A stretch of 63,514 bases of DNA, counting the filler, from Collodictyon triciliatum (Eukaryota), in NCBI GenBank assembly GCA_043381765.1. It is 7 parts of 7 records of this genome, joined end to end, with 100 filler letters (N's around TTAATTAATTAA, not from the genome) between each part and the next. Parts side by side here need not be neighbours in the genome. Positions count along the whole stretch, not along the records: positions 50,619 to 60,646 come from JBHJMP010002822.1; positions 60,747 to 63,514 come from JBHJMP010002938.1; 5 more parts are not named here. One strand, written 5' to 3'. Below the pieces are notes generated by a model. That model worked only from the letters and a program-made list of their open reading frames with translations, was not told where the DNA came from and did not search any database. The position numbers were made by a program, and so were the translations under genes. Shown here piece after piece: positions 56,501 to 63,514 of the stretch (position 1 is its first letter; the number at the start of each line of letters is the position of its first letter).

Positions 56501-59500
56501 AAGAGAAAGAAAATGACCGGGACTTGACTCGAAAAAAAACATTAGGATTACCGTATCAATCATAAATGCTCCTTCAGAATAAGATCTTGGAATACCCTGC
56601 GTTATTTCCGATAGGTGCACGTACGAAATATCCCTAATTTGTGTTTGTATTGTTAGGTGTGATCTTATTGTTCGTCATTTGAATTAGATTACACTTTGAA
56701 ATGCTAATATAAGCTGTGGGGGGATTACGCAAAAGGTATCGTTCCGGCCAACTCCTCAGGTCGACATAGACTAGATTTGTAGTACTTGAGGCAATTTTCT
56801 GATGCGATTTCATCCATTAGCTCGAGGAGAATCTTGTGATATATTGCAATATTCAAAGCCATCAATTACGAATGAGATATTGATGTACCTTCTACAACAA
56901 ACCAACGCTCGCGATAGGCTGAATTGTATGAGGGTCCTCTTTTTAGAAGCATACCTGTCATCTACAATGGATAAATTAAATATTCAAATGGCAAAATAAG
57001 AGTATATTATAAGGGATGTATATGGAAAATAATACAATCCAAACATAAATTTCAAATTTTTACTATGGCACACTCATCAACTTGCAGAAAACTATAATGA
57101 AATCATAATCCCTTCTATTGTGACAAAAAATCGCCAAAATTACTTACTCTTTCAACAGTCCAATTCGATAAACTCTCACAACGGGATTGTCTCTTTTCTG
57201 TTTTTTCATATGCTGTAACAGCATCTTTTATTGCTGTAATCCATGCTCTAACAGAAGTAGTGAAATATTAATATTTTGAAATGTGGAAGAGATAAAGATA
57301 GAGATAGAGATAGAGATAGAGATAGAGATAGAGATAGAGATAGAGATAGAGATAGAGATAGAGATAGAGATAGAGATAGAGATAGAGATAGAGATAGATA
57401 GAGATAGATAGAGATAGAGATTGTAAGAGAAAAAGAAGTTAAGAATAGTAAATGATATTCTTGTTTTGTTAAAATGACATCTACCTGCGCTCGTCAGAAG
57501 CATTCGCAACAAAAATATATGACCTCGAATTTGTTTCGATAACAAATGAACTTTCGAATTCACGAGCCTGTGATTATTGAGTAAAAGAAGAAGAAATAAA
57601 TTATATTAGGGGGAAGATTTATTAAAAATAATAATAATAATAAAGAAACTAGGGGGAATTAATGACAAAGTTCAAAAGAGTATATAACTTACGCCAGATT
57701 CCAATGGCTCACTCGGTATATCAACCTTAAAGATTTTGTGAAACGGGATGCAGCCCAAGGACTCACGGTCATCGGCGGACTATGTCCCATTGTTTAAAAT
57801 TTTGCTCATATATCGAAAGTTCATAGAATTTTTACTTTATATAATTGCATCATAAAAGGAGTAATGCATTATATACATTACAAATGATTTATTTTCTTGT
57901 GAAAATACGGTACACAATAAGAGTACGTTGGTTCGTTCACTAAAGCTGCCTTACCTTGTAATACAATATTTTATCTCTCTTTAAAACGACATATCTGTCT
58001 TTCCATACAGAAATTGTATTCCCTGGATTTCTTTTGGCCAGTGGTCCTTCTTTAATTATTTCCTGGTATGAATTATAGAAAGCTCATGACACAAAAACAT
58101 AAAAATGTTATAAATTATGCTTATTTTAAGAATTTTTTATTTAACATAGTAGAATATTTCATTTTTTAACTATAAATGGTAACATGCCCTTACTGACTCG
58201 TTGGTGCCCGCATTCGAGCGAAGATCGAGTATGTTACCCATAGCATTCATCCATCTGATATTTTGATTGGGTTGGAAAGGGATGTATTGATACTATGCTC
58301 AAATATAATAGTAATAATAATACTAATAATAATACTAATAATAATAATAGTAATAATGGTAATAGTAATAATAATAAATACTGCATGAATGAGTGCGCAT
58401 TTAATACCTGAGTCTGTCTGGTTTAGATTTAGCAAGAAAGTAGTAAACACGCGCTCGTGTGGTTATACTGAATTCGTACCCGATAAAAGTCTGCAAAAAT
58501 TCATAGTATTGACTTACTGATTTCGTTCCGTGTACTTAGATGGGTACCAGAAAATATCAGTCTCATATAGTTTTGCATAGCACGACGTACCTTAGATGGT
58601 TGACCAGAGGGGCCTTCTAATTTTGTCACAGAGATAACATCCTTGAGTTGGATCTCTCCGACTGGTGATGTATCATCCTGGCTCTTGAAATAATGCACGA
58701 CGCCATCCTAGCACACATATCGCATTAATGGTTTTGCTGAAAAACATAATGCACATATTGTTTAATTTGTCTCATGAACCTAACATACAAGACGAGAATT
58801 TTCTTGGTGAAACCTGTATTTTAATAAATCTGTCTTTCCAAGCCTTGTTACGTCCGCCACGCTTCCTTAAAAATCCGCTTATCTAAATATATTGACGATT
58901 GAGAAAATATTTTTTCTGGATTCGGCATATATAATTAAGCCATCAATACGCAAAGATTGAGCGCGGAATACATGAGTCATACGTTGAATTTGGCTGGTGT
59001 TTTATCGTTTCAATTTATCGTACGGTCCAGATTATCATGCGAGCATAAAAATGAAACAATTTTAGCTGGTCAAGGTATGGTTTACTATCAAATTGTAAGA
59101 CAAAAGCTTGATATTATTCGTGTTTGCCGATATAATTATTTGTTAAATTTGCACAGATAATTATAAAAAAAAAAAAAATGGACGAGTACATACGATCTGG
59201 TATATATTCCCGTTTCTTTTCTCTCCTGCGTACAAAGAGTGACAGTTGTATTGAATTTTTATAATAAAGTTTTTTATTTCTTTTCTACAACTACTAAACA
59301 TATGGAAATTACGGTGATGATATCTCCTTTGAAGCGCTCTGTTTACTCTTATTCATCATGGTTACCCACTATATAAATAGGTTTTAATGGTTACAATTAT
59401 TGTAAGAGATATATATCAGAGGTTAATTTTGCTTAATACAATGATTGGATTCATATCGGTGCTCACAGGAATGCCCGAATGTAGAAATCGAATTCGAAGG

Positions 59501-60464
59501 TGATACAGCAAAATAATTTTACCATTCTTTGCTCTCCTATTGATTTGGCTGCCAAATAATATGTTCTTTCGGGCGTGACGATATTTATACTGAACCCCTA
59601 TTATCTTGGATATTAGAACTTTTCATTTTAACAATCCAGAAGTGTGTGGTTTGCGGTATCTCGTATGTATCATCACCAAATATTCATGAATTCTTTGCAT
59701 TATATTGCTATTTAACTTTCGTTATTGTAGAAGAAAACTGGTTATGCATTAAAATACTGTTTGGAAGGACTTTGTTTCATCAACTCAAAAATGAGTACTG
59801 TTAGTTAACACCAGAAGTTTTTAATTATAAAACCTTTGCTTTAACAGCCGGATTCGGTCCATCTGCATTCACGGATATTTCTGTGACGTTTGCCATCGAA
59901 ATGATCCCTGTATGAAAAGGAATATGCAGATTTTATTTAATCCATGTCTTAATACATAATAGTGAGTAATGTGAGAGGTGAGAGTAGAAAACAGCGGCTG
60001 GCTATAATTCCAGACCCAAGTATTGCGAAGTAGGTTTGTCGGGAAGCAGGTCGTTGGAGGAACTCACCATTCGGTTCGTTCTGATCGCGCTCGCGAAAGT
60101 AATAGAGTTGTGGACCTCTGAGAACAAAGTATCTACAGATAAGAAAAAAGTGTGTGTGTGTGTGTGTGTGTGACTTTAATAATCTCAGATACCTTTTTTA
60201 GAAAAGAAAAGACAAGAAAAATATCAAAGAAAGGAAAAGAAGAGAAAAGGCAAGAAAAAGAAAAACAACTAGTTGATATGTCTAGCTCCGTATAGTGCGA
60301 TCATCCATCTAAATATTTGTCAGAGTGCACAACAGAGCAAGGCTGAGTTGCAAAGAGGAAGAGAAGGAGAAGAAAAAAAAAGGAAACCTGTCCTTGAAAG
60401 ACGAGCTCAGCGCGTTGGCACCCCATTTGAGTAACCAGCCTTCGTGCGTCAGCGTCTCGGTCAT
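53556..60464 (-). CDS. Tandem multi-PH-domain protein (about six PH domains), many small exons
   Basis: Repeated PH motifs: HEGWLLKWG...KDRYFVLRG; SGFLRKRGGRNKAWKDR; KEGPLAKR...WKDRYVVLK; LLKRGPSYNSAYRERWFVVE; NKWLRLDD; DRWFSIKGDSLYYYK...RTYQLLAPSIVEMSRWIK. Confidence 0.8.
57296..57420. repeat. (GAGATA)n microsatellite in an intron
   Basis: Read directly from the sequence. Confidence 0.9.
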
Positions 60465-60646
60465 TCTTTGTTTTGTTTTGTTTTGTTTTGTTTTGTTTTG
60501 TTTTGTTTTGTTTTGTTTTGTTTTATTTTGTTTTGTTTTGTTTTGTTTTGTTTTGTTTTGTTTTGTTTTGTTTTGTTTTGTTTTGTTTTGTTTTGTTTTG
60601 TTTTGTTTTGTTTTGTTTTGTTTTGTTTTGTTTTGTTTTGTTTTGT

Positions 60647-60746
60647 NNNNNNNNNNNNNNNNNNNNNNNNNNNNNNNNNNNNNNNNNNNNTTAATTAATT
60701 AANNNNNNNNNNNNNNNNNNNNNNNNNNNNNNNNNNNNNNNNNNNN
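60647..60746. other. Artificial scaffold-joining spacer
   Basis: N44-TTAATTAATTAA-N44. Confidence 0.95.
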
Positions 60747-60793
60747 CGACTCGTTATTTGTCAATAATCTATAAATTATAGGGTTTGGTTGGT

Positions 60794-60836
<43 letters not shown>

Positions 60837-61443
60837 GTTTCAACAAATCTTTTGTGAATCAATTTCATTTTGATTCATAGTAGTCTTTAATTCATTTTTG
60901 AATAAATGAAATGCGACAAAAAGTTCGGTTTGAAAAAAAAAAAAGACAAACTTAAATATTTTTTTCATGTACCAGTTTCAAACCCAATGTGCGTGACTGT
61001 TCCAACCAAGACCACAAACCAAGGAGCATCTCGATTAATACTGTCTATCATATTCGGCGTTGAAGCAAGACGCCCCGTTATCCTACTATAAGACCAGACC
61101 CTTCAGCCTCACTGTCTATTTATCTACAGCCGACCGCAGCTATATCATCGTTGTACGAGTCCTTCATTTATTTGTTTATTTCAGTCTGATTGCATATCTT
61201 AAACTTGCTCCCCTCAATGATACATAATGAAATTTAATTATACTATACGAACAAACAATTCACTAGGTATACTTGGTTAATTACTATCATTAAAATTTGC
61301 AAGGTAATTTAGTTGACACATCAAAAGCAACCGGGACGCCCAAAATCATCTACACGCTCGGCTATCTTGGACTACCACACGCTTCCTCAATATAATTCTT
61401 TTCATATAGAATAGCATAGTTGCCAACAAAGGTCTTGTGTTCC

Positions 61444-63401
61444 ATGCAAAATCCTTCCAGAGGCATAGATTCGCACAATCTTCGTTCCTCATCCATAATC
61501 GATACCAATCAATTAGTTTCTGCAACAGCACCCGAATCTACGCCAACTATATCAATTAGCAACTCGAATGTATTCTCACCCAAGTCTTACGAAGATGATG
61601 TCCAAGCGGATACTCCTAATATTCAAACATCAAATGAAGTTTATAGCCAGCCTTGTCAACCTATCAATGCAACAAATATGCCGACAGCAGCGCCGGACTT
61701 GCAGCTAAAATATGATTTACAAATTCCTGTCTTACAGCCAGCGAGCTGTCAGTCGTATGAGTGCCAAAATCAACCGCGAAAGAAGGAAGCTCTTGAATGT
61801 AAGAAAACACAATCGTCATCTGGAGGTAGTAATGATGAAAATATAGTTTCATTCGTTGGTTTTGGCGTTGATAGAGGGCAAAACGAGGGAGCATCGGCTA
61901 CCAATCGCATTTCTCCCCCAACATTGGATTCTCTTTCATTCCAAGCTACTAACATTCCCACACAATCAAAAACTGTCCAATCAGGGCCGACAATAAGCGC
62001 GAATGAGCAAAAACCAACAAGTAATTATACCATAACTACAAATGCACAGTTGCAGAGACAGTCGCACGGGACACCTCCTCCTGCCTCAGCGCTCATTCCT
62101 ACAAGTAGCAGTCTGCATGGTATACTGGGAAAACAAACACAAGCAAACCAAGAAAACACCAACATACATGTAAATTCACCAGAAATACGGAATGTATCTC
62201 CTCAAAAACACGCTGCATCCCACACAAACATTTTTCCTCAAATGAAACCCCATGTCTTGGAAAAGGTTATCATACAATCACCAACTTCGTTCATCCCACA
62301 AACAACAGCTGGAAAGCATACGATGATACATCAAAATTCATCAACCATATGTCCATCTCAACTTCCTGGTCCGGTAGAATATCCATATCAAAGCATTATA
62401 TATACCAATGTCACAAATGCAGGCTCTTCAACATCATTACAAAGCGCAGAGAATCAGATAGTTAAGAAAGAAGTCGAACCCAAAACTGTAGACAAAGAAG
62501 TAATCACAACCATACATGAAGACCCATCAGGCAAAAGTTTACTTAGAGTCAACACAAATGCAAAAATAATTTTGCAGAATCCAACTAAAGGGGTAGCGCA
62601 AACAAAACCTACTTCGACTACGCCCGTTCATTCTATTGTGAGTGAACAATCAGTCTCCCAACAAACATCATCACCTAACCAACTGACGCAGCCTCACGCT
62701 CAACAGCACACACACGCACATGCAATAGACTACAATAAAATGGGACAGCTTCCTTATGTCCGATATGTTGCAGTCTCTCATCAACATAAGGGACAGGTTC
62801 CTCTTCCTATGGGTACCTTTTTCGCTCAAGGATTAGCAAGCAATAGCACACAGTCTCCAGGATATGGAACTTTCCTTGTATCAAGCTCCAGCCCTGGACA
62901 ATATCATAGAATGCATACGCAACTCAGCACACAGCCAGACACATTCCAACCACCATCGAACGGCAGACAGGTGTCATCAACACCAACAACAAGCCAAAGA
63001 CAAATACATACAAATTACACACAATTTATCGAACAATCTATAAGCCGAGTAGATGGTGATGGAGCCAAAAAGGAATGTCACGAACCACAACTACTGCCTT
63101 TGAAGATAGACGGAACCACTACCACCACCAGCACTGTCGCATATCCAACTGCGTCAGCATATCCGAACTCAACCCCTCGGTTACTACCACGGCAGAATCA
63201 ACAACAAAACCAACATTATGGCATCCATGGAAGCAGAATAATCCATGGTCTTGGGTCCCATGTGCAAATAGCCCACGCTCCTCTTCCAGCCACTGCCGTT
63301 TCAGCGAGGACTGCTGTGATCCACAAAAGTGAAGTTCTTGATCCAGGGGAAACAACAGAAGGAGAAGATGCCCATGCAGAGTCGACCTCGACATACTCAA
63401 G
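61444..63401 (+). CDS. Long exon (~650 codons) of an S/T/Q/P/H-rich, probably disordered protein; absent from the ORF track
   Basis: Frame is open from ATG 61444 (MQNPSRGIDS...) to an AG|GTTAAT donor at 63401/63402. No stop occurs before the window end, which explains why the ORF caller missed it. Confidence 0.7.
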
Positions 63402-63407
63402 GTTAAT

Positions 63408-63514
<107 letters not shown>

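Overview
Eukaryotic nuclear DNA from an intron-rich, probably flagellated microbial eukaryote. The window is not one locus: it is seven ~10 kb scaffolds joined by artificial 100-bp spacers (N44-TTAATTAATTAA-N44), so neighbourhood only means something within a scaffold. Hand-splicing of the exons gives Ku70, a choline-transporter-like first exon, a SOX/MATA-type HMG-box gene, a RhoGAP, a G-patch/C2H2 protein, RPL37A, a GMC oxidoreductase ending in SRL, RPL23, TAF6, a DYRK-family kinase, TTLL1, a multi-PH protein and several unknown genes. The standout is a complete 8-exon queC (preQ0 synthase) gene with a mitochondrial-type presequence on its own exon, although eukaryotes are thought not to make 7-deazaguanines de novo. 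Also notable: a carbamoyl-phosphate-synthetase-like gene that is intact but has lost catalytic residues; a family of ~20-40 bp poly(A)-tailed insertions with target-site duplications; CpG-decayed intronless pseudogene fragments; and a Pro/Val/Tyr-repeat protein with a C2 domain. All family calls come from motif recognition by eye; no database search was run.
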